From: Arenimonas sp.
Lineage (GTDB): Bacteria > Pseudomonadota > Gammaproteobacteria > Xanthomonadales > Xanthomonadaceae
NCBI RefSeq assembly: GCF_035312645.1
Contig: NZ_DATGBO010000042.1
Coordinates: forward strand, 27,701 to 91,700
Reading direction: 5' to 3'
Length of the DNA stretch: 64,000 nucleotides
The translations under genes and the position numbers were made by a program. Positions 23,185 to 32,497 of this stretch are shown here, piece after piece. A model generated the notes under the pieces. It searched no databases, had not been told where the DNA came from, and saw only the letters and a list, made by a program, of their open reading frames with translations. Position 1 is the first letter of the stretch. Each line of letters opens with the position of its first letter.

Positions 23185-23341
23185 GGTGCCCGGGCGCAGG
23201 AGGTGGCGAATTGTCGCCGCAAACACCGGCCCGGGAAAGCGCCGCGACCCCTTTCAGGCGCATCCGGCAAGGGACTTTGCGCACGGGAAGGCCGCAGCGG
23301 CGTTTGCTAGTCTTGGCGTTTTCCTGAACACGGAGCCGTCC

Positions 23342-25711
23342 ATGCGCTTTCGCCTGATCGCCCTCGCCCTGCTGGTTTCCGCTCCGGCGCTGGCGCAGAC
23401 CCCCATCACGCTGGACCAGGCGATGGCGCATCCGGACTGGATCGGTCCGCCGGTGGAATCGGCCTGGTGGGCCTGGGATGGCGAGCACGTGCTGTACACG
23501 CGCAAGCGCGAAGGTTCGCCGATCCGCGACACCTACCAGCAGGGCAGCAATGGCTCTGCGCCGGAACGCGTCGGCGAGTCGGAACGCGAGCGTCTCGATG
23601 CCGAAGCGCCGGTGTTCAACCTTGATCACTCCGGCGCGGTGTTCGTCCGCAACGGCGACATCTTCCAGCGCCAGCTGCATACCGGCGGTTTCGTGCAGGT
23701 CACCCGCAGTGCCGACGACGAAGAAGATCCGCAGTTTTCGTCCGATGGCCGCGCCGTGCTGTTTCGCATCGGCACCGACTGGTTCGCCTGGAATTCCGAT
23801 GATCGCCTGATCAGTCCGGTGGCCTTGCCGCGCGCGGAAAAGGACCCGGCCGCCGCGCCGGCCAAGGACGCGCAACGCGACATGCAGCTGCGGCTGATCG
23901 CCACGCTCAAGCGCCAGAAGGACGATCGCGACGCACTGCGCCAGCAATCCGAAACGCTGCGCAGGGGCGACCTGTCGCGCGCCGTGGCGCCGGTGTATCT
24001 GGGTGCGGACATCCAGATCGACGCGACTGCACTGTCGCCGAACCGGCGCTGGCTGCTGGTCGTGACCTCAGCAAAAGGTGCCGACACCGGCCGCGTCGGC
24101 AAGATGCCCAAGTACGTCACCGAGTCGGGTTACGAGGAAGTCGAGGACGTGCACACGCGCGTCGGCCACAACCTGCCGATCGCGCAGAACCTCAAGCTGG
24201 TCGATCTCGCCAACGGCAGCGTGCACGATCTTTCCTATGCCTCCCTGCCCGGCATCAGCACCGACCCGCTGGCGGCGATGCGCCAGGCGCAGAAGCTCGA
24301 TGCGCTCAAGGGCGAACGCGACGTGCGCGTGATCAACGAAGGCGACAACGGCGCCGGCGCCACCATCCACTGGTCCGCGGACGGCAACAACGTCGCGGTC
24401 ATGCTGCGTGCGATCGACAACAAGGATCGCTGGATCGTCACCGTCGATCTGCCGGGCGCGAAGCTCAAGCCCGTGCATCGCCTGACCGATCCGGCCTGGA
24501 TCAACTGGAACTTCAACGATTTCGGCTGGCTGCCCGACGGCCGCACGCTCTGGTACCTGTCGGAAGAGAGCGGCTACTCGCATCTGTACACGCTCGCTCC
24601 GGGCGGAAAAGCGACTGCACTGACCGGCGGCAATTTCGAAACCTCGTCGGTGCAATGGTCGCCCGATGCCGCCACCGCGTATTTTGTCTGCAACCAGAAG
24701 TGGCCGGGTGACTACGAAGTCTGCGCGGTTTCGCGCAGCGGCGGCGCCGTGCGGGAAGTGACCGCACTCGATGGCGTCGAAGGTTTCACGCTCTCGCCCG
24801 ATGGCAGCAAGCTGCTGGTGCAGTACTCGGCCAGCTACCTGCCCAGCCAGCTCGCGATTGTCGCCAGCAGCGGCGGCGCGGCGACCAAACTCACCGACAC
24901 GCGCACGGCCGACTTCAAGGCGCGCAGCTGGATCGAACCGCAGTACGTGCAGGTGCCGTCCACGCACGGCGCCGGCATGATCTGGGCCAAGCTCTACCGC
25001 CCGGCGCAACTCGAAGCCGGAAAAAAATATCCGCTGGTGATGTTCGTGCATGGCGCCGGCTATCTGCAGAATGTTTCCGCGCGTTATCCGGCGTATTTCC
25101 GCGAACAGATGTTCAACAACCTGCTGGTGCAGCAGGGCTACATCGTGCTCGACATGGACTACCGCGCTTCGGAAGGTTACGGCCGCAGCTGGCGCACGGC
25201 GATTTACCGGCAGATGGGGCATCCGGAACTCGACGATTACATCGACGGCGTGCATTGGCTGGTCGCCAACCAGCAGGGCGATGCCACCAAGGTCGGCATC
25301 TACGGCGGCAGCTACGGCGGCTTCATGACCTTCATGGCGCTGTTTCGGGCACCCGACGTGTTCCGTTCCGGCGCCGCGCTGCGCCCGGTCAGCGACTGGA
25401 GCACCTACAACCACGAATACACCTCGAACATCCTCAACACGCCCGATGTCGATCCCGAGGCCTACAAGGTTTCCTCGCCGATCGAATTCGCCGAAGGCCT
25501 GCGCGGCGACCTGCTGATCGCGCACGGGATGATCGACGACAACGTGTTCTTCCAGGATTCGGTGCGTCTGTCGCAGCGCCTGATCGAACTGCGCAAGGAC
25601 CACTGGCAGCTCGCGCCCTACCCGATGGAACGCCATGGCTTCGTGCAGCCGGAAAGCTGGTTCGACGAATATCGTCGCATCGACCAGTTGTTCGAACGCA
25701 CGTTGAAATAA
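23342..25711 (+). CDS. S9-family (DPP IV/prolyl oligopeptidase-like) secreted serine peptidase
   Basis: Signal peptide; GIYGGSYGG nucleophile, HGMIDDNV, ERHGF catalytic His. Confidence 0.9.
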   Translation: MRFRLIALALLVSAPALAQTPITLDQAMAHPDWIGPPVESAWWAWDGEHVLYTRKREGSPIRDTYQQGSNGSAPERVGESERERLDAEAPVFNLDHSGAVFVRNGDIFQRQLHTGGFVQVTRSADDEEDPQFSSDGRAVLFRIGTDWFAWNSDDRLISPVALPRAEKDPAAAPAKDAQRDMQLRLIATLKRQKDDRDALRQQSETLRRGDLSRAVAPVYLGADIQIDATALSPNRRWLLVVTSAKGADTGRVGKMPKYVTESGYEEVEDVHTRVGHNLPIAQNLKLVDLANGSVHDLSYASLPGISTDPLAAMRQAQKLDALKGERDVRVINEGDNGAGATIHWSADGNNVAVMLRAIDNKDRWIVTVDLPGAKLKPVHRLTDPAWINWNFNDFGWLPDGRTLWYLSEESGYSHLYTLAPGGKATALTGGNFETSSVQWSPDAATAYFVCNQKWPGDYEVCAVSRSGGAVREVTALDGVEGFTLSPDGSKLLVQYSASYLPSQLAIVASSGGAATKLTDTRTADFKARSWIEPQYVQVPSTHGAGMIWAKLYRPAQLEAGKKYPLVMFVHGAGYLQNVSARYPAYFREQMFNNLLVQQGYIVLDMDYRASEGYGRSWRTAIYRQMGHPELDDYIDGVHWLVANQQGDATKVGIYGGSYGGFMTFMALFRAPDVFRSGAALRPVSDWSTYNHEYTSNILNTPDVDPEAYKVSSPIEFAEGLRGDLLIAHGMIDDNVFFQDSVRLSQRLIELRKDHWQLAPYPMERHGFVQPESWFDEYRRIDQLFERTLK

Positions 25712-25719
25712 CGACACCC

Positions 25720-25757
25720 GTAGGAGCGACGCAAGTCGCGACTCGCGTCGCTCCTAC
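25720..25757. repeat. Collapsed REP doublet (two arms fused at GTCGCGAC)
   Basis: GTAGGAGCGACGCAA-GTCGCGAC-TCGCGTCGCTCCTAC. Confidence 0.82.
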
Positions 25758-25772
25758 AACACGGAACATCGC

Positions 25773-26546
25773 ATGGACCTGCAACTGCAAGACAAAGTCG
25801 CCATCGTCACCGGCGCCAGCCGCGGCATCGGCCGCGCGATTGCGCAGATGCTTTCCGCTGAAGGCATGCGCGTAGTGCTGGCGGCGCGTTCGCGCGATGG
25901 GCTGGAGCAGACCGCAGCTTCTCTGCCTGGCGAAAGCCTGATCGTCGTCACCGACCTGCGTGACGCCGACACGCCAGCGGCTCTGATCGCGGCGGCAGTC
26001 GCGCGCTTTGGTCGACTTGATGCCTTGGTCAACAACGCCGGTGCAACCAAACGCGGCGATTTTCTTGCGCTTCCCGATACCGACTGGGACGACGGCTTCG
26101 CGCTGAAATTCTTCGGTGCGATGCGCCTGTGTCGCGCGGCGTGGCCGGCGCTGCAAGCCAGCACCGGTGCGATCGTCAACATCAGCGGCGTCGGCGGCCG
26201 CACTGGCAGCGCCGAATTCACTATCGGCGGCGCGGTCAATGCCGCGGTGTTGAACCTGACCAAGGCGCTGGCCGATCGCGGCGTGCGCGATGGCGTGCGC
26301 GTGAACGCGATCAATCCCGGTTCGATCGCCAGCGAGCGTTTGCAGGCGCGCGTCGTCGCTTTCGCGAGCGAGCACGGCATCGATGCCGCGAGCGCCGGGC
26401 AGCGCCTCGCGCAGGAGTTCCGCGTCGCCCGTTTCGGCCGGCCGGAGGAAATCGCCAATGCCGTCGCCTTTCTGTTGTCGCCGCAGGCCGGCTACTGCCA
26501 GGGCGCGATCCTGGATGTCGATGGCGGACAGACAAGGACGCTGTAG
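25773..26546 (+). CDS. SDR family oxidoreductase
   Basis: VTGASRGIG, LVNNAG, VRVNAINPG; classical YxxxK is replaced by FTIGGAVN. Confidence 0.88.
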   Translation: MDLQLQDKVAIVTGASRGIGRAIAQMLSAEGMRVVLAARSRDGLEQTAASLPGESLIVVTDLRDADTPAALIAAAVARFGRLDALVNNAGATKRGDFLALPDTDWDDGFALKFFGAMRLCRAAWPALQASTGAIVNISGVGGRTGSAEFTIGGAVNAAVLNLTKALADRGVRDGVRVNAINPGSIASERLQARVVAFASEHGIDAASAGQRLAQEFRVARFGRPEEIANAVAFLLSPQAGYCQGAILDVDGGQTRTL

Positions 26547-26653
26547 GAGCGACGCAAGTCGCGACCAAGGCTGGCAAGGTGAGCGTTCTAGCGGGCTGCT
26601 GGCGTTGTCGGAACGGCCGCACACCGAATAGTCGCGACTTGCGTCGCTCCTAC
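26543..26653. repeat. GTAG-type REP doublet; left arm provides the SDR stop codon
   Basis: GTAGGAGCGACGCAAGTCGCGAC..GTCGCGACTTGCGTCGCTCCTAC perfect inverted arms. Confidence 0.88.
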
Positions 26654-26664
26654 CAATAGCCGCA

Positions 26665-26693
26665 CAAAAAACCCGGCGCGAGGCCGGGTTTTT
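26665..26693. terminator. Bidirectional intrinsic terminator
   Basis: AAAAAACCCGGCGCGAGGCCGGGTTTTT between convergent genes. Confidence 0.8.
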
Positions 26694-26715
26694 CGCCGCC
26701 GCAAAAACCAATCGC

Positions 26716-28485
26716 TTATTTCTTCGCGCGCTGCGCCGGCACGAACTCTTCGCGCACGGCTTTCGCCAGCAAGTCTGGCGGCAGCAGGCCCTGGTCGAGC
26801 AGGAAGTTGTTGAAGGTGAGGCGATCGAACTTGTCGCCCAGCGCGAGTTCGGTTTCCGCGCGCAACTGCATGATCCGTGCGTAGCCGTAGTAATAGCTGC
26901 CGGCCTGGCCGGGCGAGCGGAAGGTGTAGCGGTCGAGTTCCTGACGGGCCATCGCTGGCGACAGCATCACGTCTTCGGTCAGCACCTTGCCGGCGTCCTC
27001 GCGAGAAATCAGGCCGAGGTTCAACATCGGATCGAGCATCGCGCGTGCGGCACGCAGCAGACGAAACTGCAGCGCGATCATCTGGCCATCCAGCGGCTCG
27101 CTGGGCAGCATCTCGGCTTCGGCATACAGCGCCCAGCCTTCGACATTGACGCTGTTGAACGCGTACAGGCTGCGCGCCTGCGACACGCCGCGTTCGATCA
27201 TCGCGCTGAACTGCAACTCGTGGCCGGGGCGGCCTTCGTGCGCGCTCAACGTCCAGCCCGCCGACGGATTGTTGAAATCGTCGTAGGCATCGTCCTTGCC
27301 GGTGGCGCCGGGGTTGCCGACCGGCAACACAAACTGGCCCTGCTCACCGGTGTTGCCGATCAGCGGCGGCGGCTGCATGTGCGGCGCCGGCTGCGCGGCC
27401 GATTCCGCTGCCGAGGCCAGACGCATGATCATCGGACGCGCCGGCAGATCGGCGACGCGCTCACGCTTGATCGCCGTTTCCAGCGCTTGGTTGACGTCGT
27501 GGTAATGCGCTTCGAGCTTGTCGTTGGCGATGGTGTCGCGCTTGAGCGCGCGGATCACTTCGCGATAGTCGCTGGCCTTGATGTTCTTCTGCGCAGCGAC
27601 CAGCGGCGCCAGTGCCTGCATGTTCGCACGCGTCTCCATGAATTCGAGCTGCGCGCGCTCGATCAGTACACGCGGATCGATGTCGATGCCGACGCGCTTG
27701 AGGCGATACGCGTACAGCTCCGGCGGCAGGCGGAAATCGCTGCGCGCCAGCGGCAAGACCTGCGCCTTTTCCCAGGCCGCGTAGTCGCTTAGCTGTTTGT
27801 CCAGCGCCGCGAGTGCCGGCCCAGCGCCCTCGATCTTGAATTCGGCGAACAGGTCGTGGATGCCCTTGAGATAGGTCGGCACGTTCGCGATCGATTGCTC
27901 GACGCGCGCCTTGAACGGCCCGATCAGGCCGGACTTCGCGCGGCTTTCGTTGAAGCGCGCCTTGGCCAGGTCGACCATCGGCGTGCTGCCGGGAAACAGG
28001 CCGGTGTAGCGTTGCAACAACTCCAACGATTTCGCCCGCCGACTCGCCGGCAACTGTTTGTCGAGCAGGCCCTGCAATCCGCCGAACTCCATCTGCGGCA
28101 CGTCGTTCCAGTCGAGGTTGTACTTGTCGCCGAGGCGGGTGCCGACGATCTCGTCGTTGATCGAGCCGATCAGGATCTGCAGGTCCTGGCGGACGTTGGC
28201 ATCTTTCTCACCAGCGAGACGCTGCTGCAATTCGTCGCGCGTCGCGGTCATCGCCGCGATGTAGCGCTCGCTGAGCTTGGGACCGAGATCGGTGGCGAGG
28301 CCGTCGTATTCGCTCAGACCGCTGGACGAGGCATCCTCGGGCCCGAACCGCGCCTGCGCTTCCAGCAACAGACGGGTATTGGCGTTGCTGGCCGTAACCC
28401 AGGGCTTTTCAACCGGTGGCGCCGCTTGCGCGGCCACGCTGACCAGCAGGCCCAGACTCAGGATCAATCGTGTCGACATCGGCAT
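26716..28485 (-). CDS. DUF885-family secreted protein (HExxH-like, possible metallopeptidase)
   Basis: Signal peptide; SAHEGRPGHELQF, NVEGWALYAE, RLLRAARAMLD, PGQAGSYYYG. Confidence 0.8.
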   Translation of the reverse strand: MPMSTRLILSLGLLVSVAAQAAPPVEKPWVTASNANTRLLLEAQARFGPEDASSSGLSEYDGLATDLGPKLSERYIAAMTATRDELQQRLAGEKDANVRQDLQILIGSINDEIVGTRLGDKYNLDWNDVPQMEFGGLQGLLDKQLPASRRAKSLELLQRYTGLFPGSTPMVDLAKARFNESRAKSGLIGPFKARVEQSIANVPTYLKGIHDLFAEFKIEGAGPALAALDKQLSDYAAWEKAQVLPLARSDFRLPPELYAYRLKRVGIDIDPRVLIERAQLEFMETRANMQALAPLVAAQKNIKASDYREVIRALKRDTIANDKLEAHYHDVNQALETAIKRERVADLPARPMIMRLASAAESAAQPAPHMQPPPLIGNTGEQGQFVLPVGNPGATGKDDAYDDFNNPSAGWTLSAHEGRPGHELQFSAMIERGVSQARSLYAFNSVNVEGWALYAEAEMLPSEPLDGQMIALQFRLLRAARAMLDPMLNLGLISREDAGKVLTEDVMLSPAMARQELDRYTFRSPGQAGSYYYGYARIMQLRAETELALGDKFDRLTFNNFLLDQGLLPPDLLAKAVREEFVPAQRAKK

Positions 28486-28563
28486 GTCCTCGGGAAGGTG
28501 AGGCAGCTTGCGCTGCGCTGCAGGAAGGCGAAATGGGGCATTGGTCATGTTTGCGGCTGCCCC

Positions 28564-28696
28564 GTAGGAGCGATGGCGTTTTCAACGGCGAAGCCGGTCA
28601 TCGCAACCAAGGCTGGCGAGGTGAACGTCAGGATGAGGCCACTGCCATCGACATATCCCTCGCATGCCGCGCAGTAGCGATTGCCATCGCTCCTAC
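28564..28696. repeat. GTAG-type REP doublet with interrupted left arm
   Basis: GTAGGAGCGATGGC.. / ..GCGATTGCCATCGCTCCTAC; spacer CAAGGCTGGCGAGGTGAACG resembles the spacer of 26543-26653. Confidence 0.78.
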
Positions 28697-28747
28697 GGGG
28701 TAAGCCGATGCTCGAAATCCATCCAGACTTTGATTCGGTACAGCAGC

Positions 28748-29458
28748 TCAGCGCTGATCCTGTTTCGTCGGAACCGCCGCTGCGCCGAACAGGACTTTTT
28801 TCATCTCGTCGGTCATTTCAGTCTTGCGCCTGTATTGTTCGCCCAGCGCATAGGCGCGTTGCGTTGCCGGGCGCAACTTTATCGCCTCGTACCAGCGCAG
28901 CACATTCGGATACACGGCGAGATCGACGTGATGCCAGTCGTGCGCTGCGGCCCAGGGATAACAGGCAAGGTCGGCGATGCTCAGCGCGGCGCCGGCAATG
29001 AAATCGCGACCGGCCAGATGCGCGTCGAGCACCGCGTACAAACGCGCGGTCTCGCGCGTGTAGCGTTCGATCGCATACGGGATCTGTTCCGGCGCATAAC
29101 GCGTGAAATGATGGTTCTGCCCGAGCATCGGTCCGAAGCCGGCCATCTGCCAGAACAACCATTCCAGCACCGTCTTCCGCCCGCGCAGATCGGCAGGCAG
29201 CAGCTGGCCGGTTTTCTCGGCGAGATAAAGCAGGATCGCGCCGGATTCGAACAGCGACAGCGGTGCGCCGCCATCGGCAGGCGCGTCATCGACGATCGCC
29301 GGCATGCGGCCGTTCGGCGCGATCGCGAGATAGTCGGGCTTGAATTGCTCGCCAACACCGATGTCGACCGGCGCGATGCGATACGGCATGCCGGTTTCTT
29401 CGAGGAAGAGCGTGATCTTGTGACCGTTGGGCGTGGGCCAGTAGTGGAGAGTGATCAT
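28748..29458 (-). CDS. Glutathione S-transferase, YfcG/YghU-like
   Basis: YWPTPNGHKITLFLEE, PNGRMPAIVD, LFESGAILLYLAEK, WLFWQMAGFGPMLGQ. Confidence 0.9.
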   Translation of the reverse strand: MITLHYWPTPNGHKITLFLEETGMPYRIAPVDIGVGEQFKPDYLAIAPNGRMPAIVDDAPADGGAPLSLFESGAILLYLAEKTGQLLPADLRGRKTVLEWLFWQMAGFGPMLGQNHHFTRYAPEQIPYAIERYTRETARLYAVLDAHLAGRDFIAGAALSIADLACYPWAAAHDWHHVDLAVYPNVLRWYEAIKLRPATQRAYALGEQYRRKTEMTDEMKKVLFGAAAVPTKQDQR

Positions 29459-29494
29459 GTCTAACCTCAGCGGTGGCTATCTCGACGCTTACCA

Positions 29495-29580
29495 GCTTGC
29501 GGAAATCGCAGTGACCGTCGAAGCGATCAGCTTGCGGAAATCGCGGCTTTTTGTTGAACCAATTTGCTTGCGGAAATCGC
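29495..29580. repeat. Three 15-bp direct repeats at 35/36-bp period
   Basis: GCTTGCGGAAATCGC at 29495, 29530 and 29566. Confidence 0.8.
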
Positions 29581-29587
29581 GGTTTTT

Positions 29588-29653
29588 GCAGGAGCGGCTT
29601 CAGCCGCGAAATTTCTGTCGGCAATGGCGAGTCGCGGCTGAAGCCGCTCCTAC
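29588..29653. repeat. REP doublet
   Basis: GCAGGAGCGGCTTCAGCCGCGA..TCGCGGCTGAAGCCGCTCCTAC. Confidence 0.88.
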
Positions 29654-29664
29654 GGTTTTGCGCA

Positions 29665-30429
29665 TCACGCGAGGTAGCCGCCATCGACGGTCAGCGTCGT
29701 GCCGGTGACGTAACTCGCGGCCGGGCTGGCGAGGAACAACACCGCCGGCGCGATTTCGTCGGGCTGCGCGGCGCGGCCGAGCGGAATCAGCTGCGTCATC
29801 ATTGCCATGAGTTTCGGGTTACCGGTGACGGCGGATGCGAATTTTGTTTCGGTCAGGCCGGGCAGCACCGCATTGACACGGATGCCGGCGCTCGCCAGTT
29901 CCTTGGCGAAGGCTTCGGTCATATTGACGATGCCGGCCTTGGTCACCGAATAGATGCCCTGCCCGAATGCCGGACGCTTGGCGTTGACCGAAGCGATGTT
30001 GACGATCGCGCCGCCGCCCTTGCCTTTCATGCGCTTGGCGGCCTGCACCGTGCACCAGAAATAGCCGCGCAGATTTACTTCGACGGTTTTTTCGTAGCTG
30101 GCCAGGTCCATGTCGATCAGCGGACCGAAATACGGATTGGCAGCGGCGTTGTTGACCAGGATGTCGGCCGTCTTGCCCTCGGCGTCGAGTTGCGCGAACA
30201 GCGCTTCAATCGCCGCGGGATCGCCGACGTGCATCGCATGCGCTTCGGCGGAACCACCGGCGGCGCGGATTTTTCCGGCAACGGCTTCGCAGCCTTCGAG
30301 CTTGCGGCTGGTGCAGATCACATGGGCGCCGTGCGCGGCCAGCAGCAGGGCGATGCTCTCGCCGATGCCGCGCGAGGCTCCGCTCACGAGCGCGGTTTTC
30401 CCCGAAAGGCCAAATGTGTCTTCGGTCAC
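29665..30429 (-). CDS. SDR family oxidoreductase
   Basis: VSGASRGIG, LVNNAA, YSVTK, IRVNAVLPG, TVDGG. Confidence 0.9.
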   Translation of the reverse strand: MTEDTFGLSGKTALVSGASRGIGESIALLLAAHGAHVICTSRKLEGCEAVAGKIRAAGGSAEAHAMHVGDPAAIEALFAQLDAEGKTADILVNNAAANPYFGPLIDMDLASYEKTVEVNLRGYFWCTVQAAKRMKGKGGGAIVNIASVNAKRPAFGQGIYSVTKAGIVNMTEAFAKELASAGIRVNAVLPGLTETKFASAVTGNPKLMAMMTQLIPLGRAAQPDEIAPAVLFLASPAASYVTGTTLTVDGGYLA

Positions 30430-30509
30430 ACTATTTCTCCGAAAAAGCGGGCTAGACTCGACGGATTGCCAAGGCTTTGGAGCCTAGCACAGCCGTCTCG
30501 GGGGACAGG

Positions 30510-31310
30510 ATGAGCAGTCAACGGCGGGTTTTGATCACCGGTGCCGGCAGCGGCCTGGGTCAGGCGCTCGCGCTACGTTATGCCCGCGCTGGCGCTCGCG
30601 TCGCCTGTGTCGATCTCGACAACGAGCGCGCCGAAATCACCCGCGCGATGTTGTCCGGCGGCGGCCATCTCGCCCTGGTCGCGAACGTCGGCAACGACGA
30701 GGCGATGGAGCAGATGCACGAAGCCGTGATGCGCGAATGGGGCGGTCTCGACGTACTGATCAACAACGCCGGCATCGCCTCGGGTGGCCCGATGATCGAG
30801 ACCACGATGAGCGAGTGGCGGCAACTGCTTGAAGTCGATCTGCTCAGCGTCGTGCGCGGCTGTCGCCTGTTTCTGCCCGGAATGATCGCCGCCGGCAGCG
30901 GCCAGATCATCAGCACCGCGAGCTTCGCTGGTCTCGCCGGTGCGCCCGGCATGATGACTTATGGCGTCTCCAAGGCCGGCGTAGTCGCGCTTTCCGAACA
31001 GCTGCGCGCGGAAGTGCACGACCAGGGCATCCGCGTCAGCGTGATCTGCCCGAGTTTCTTCCGCACCAATCTTTGCGACACGGCGATCGGCAGCGAGAAG
31101 GTGAAAAACCTCGCAGTGAAGTTGATGGACACCGCGCCCGATACCATCGACAGCGTCTCCGACAAGGTGTTCGCGGCGGCCGAGCGCGGTGAGTTCATGA
31201 TCATCCCGACCCTGCGTGAGCCGATGCGCTGGCGCATGAAGCGCTGGTTCCCGGAGCTGTATTTCCGGCAGTTGCTGAAGATGGTCGCCGCGCGCGTGCG
31301 CGCGGCCTGA
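30510..31310 (+). CDS. SDR family oxidoreductase
   Basis: LITGAGSGLG, LINNAG, YGVSK. Confidence 0.9.
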   Translation: MSSQRRVLITGAGSGLGQALALRYARAGARVACVDLDNERAEITRAMLSGGGHLALVANVGNDEAMEQMHEAVMREWGGLDVLINNAGIASGGPMIETTMSEWRQLLEVDLLSVVRGCRLFLPGMIAAGSGQIISTASFAGLAGAPGMMTYGVSKAGVVALSEQLRAEVHDQGIRVSVICPSFFRTNLCDTAIGSEKVKNLAVKLMDTAPDTIDSVSDKVFAAAERGEFMIIPTLREPMRWRMKRWFPELYFRQLLKMVAARVRAA

Positions 31311-31318
31311 GCACGCAT

Positions 31319-32377
31319 ATGGACTGGCTGATCTACGGCGCCAATGGTTACACCGGCAAGATGATTGTCGAAGAGGCCGTACGCCGCGGCCTGCGTCCGG
31401 TGCTTGCCGGCCGCAATGCCGATGCACTGGAAACCCTCGGAAAGAAATACCGGCTGCCGGTGCGTGCGTTCGCGCTCGACAATCCCGCGGCGGTCCGCGC
31501 CGGCCTCAACGGCATCGGTCTGGTGCTGCATTGCGCCGGGCCGTTTTCGGCGACCAGCGCACCGATGCTCGAAGCCTGCCTCGATCTCAAGGCGCACTAT
31601 CTCGACATCACCGGCGAGATCGATGTCTTCGCGCACTGTCATGCCCAGCATGCGCGCGCGCAAAAGAGCGGCATCGTGGTGCTGCCGGGCAGCGGCTTCG
31701 ACGTGGTGCCAACCGATTGCCTGGCCGCGCAGCTCAAGCGCGAACTGCCCGATGCCGATTCGCTGGTGCTGGCGTTCGAAGCCGGCGGCGGCCCGAGTCC
31801 GGGCACCGCGCTGACCAGTGTAGAAGGCCTGGGGAAAGGTGGTCGTGCGCGCATCGATGGCGGGGTCAGGCGCGTGCCGCTGGCCTGGAAGACGCGTACG
31901 TTCGACAAGGACGGCGAGGCGCGTTTCGCGATGACCATTCCCTGGGGCGATGTCTACACTGCATTCGTCTCGACCGGCATCGCCAACATCGAAACCTATA
32001 TGGGCGTGCCGCCGGCGACCGCGAAAAATCTGCGCCGCATCCGCTGGCTGGGGCCGCTGCTGGGCACGCGCCCGGTGCAGTCGTATCTGAAGAAAAAGGT
32101 CGCCAAGACCGTGCTCGGGCCGTCCGCGGAAAAACGTGCCGACAGCGGTACCGTGGTCTGGGGCGAAGTCCGCGATGCCGCCGGCAAGCAGGTCTTCGGC
32201 CAGTTGCGCACACCGAACGGCTACGAACTCACCGTCACCGCTTCGCTGGGCATCGCACAGCGCCTGCTCACCGGCGCGCGCCCCGAGGGCGGCTATTACA
32301 CGCCATCGCTGTTGATGGGTGCGGACTATGTGCTGTCGCTGCCTGGCGTGACGGGCTCGGCCTTCGTCGCGAGCTGA
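31319..32377 (+). CDS. Saccharopine dehydrogenase-like NAD(P)-binding oxidoreductase
   Basis: IYGANGYTG, LAGRN, HCAGPF, HYLDITGE, GFDVVPTD. Confidence 0.85.
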   Translation: MDWLIYGANGYTGKMIVEEAVRRGLRPVLAGRNADALETLGKKYRLPVRAFALDNPAAVRAGLNGIGLVLHCAGPFSATSAPMLEACLDLKAHYLDITGEIDVFAHCHAQHARAQKSGIVVLPGSGFDVVPTDCLAAQLKRELPDADSLVLAFEAGGGPSPGTALTSVEGLGKGGRARIDGGVRRVPLAWKTRTFDKDGEARFAMTIPWGDVYTAFVSTGIANIETYMGVPPATAKNLRRIRWLGPLLGTRPVQSYLKKKVAKTVLGPSAEKRADSGTVVWGEVRDAAGKQVFGQLRTPNGYELTVTASLGIAQRLLTGARPEGGYYTPSLLMGADYVLSLPGVTGSAFVAS

Positions 32378-32385
32378 GCGGTTTT

Positions 32386-32456
32386 GTAGGAGCGGCCTTG
32401 GCCGCGATTTGAACGGTTGCCGCGGCAATCATGGTCGCGGTCATGCCCGCTCCTAC
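32386..32456. repeat. GTAG-type REP doublet
   Basis: GTAGGAGCGGCCTTGGCCGCGA..TCGCGGTCATGCCCGCTCCTAC. Confidence 0.85.
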
Positions 32457-32497
32457 AAACAACCATCCTCGCTGGCGCCATCCCGTAAAATGGCCGG

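Noticed and set aside
29495-29580. Repeat-spacer pattern as a mini CRISPR array
   Set aside because: Repeats are only 15 bp and spacers 20-21 bp, there are no cas genes in the window, and the unit resembles a local REP junction.
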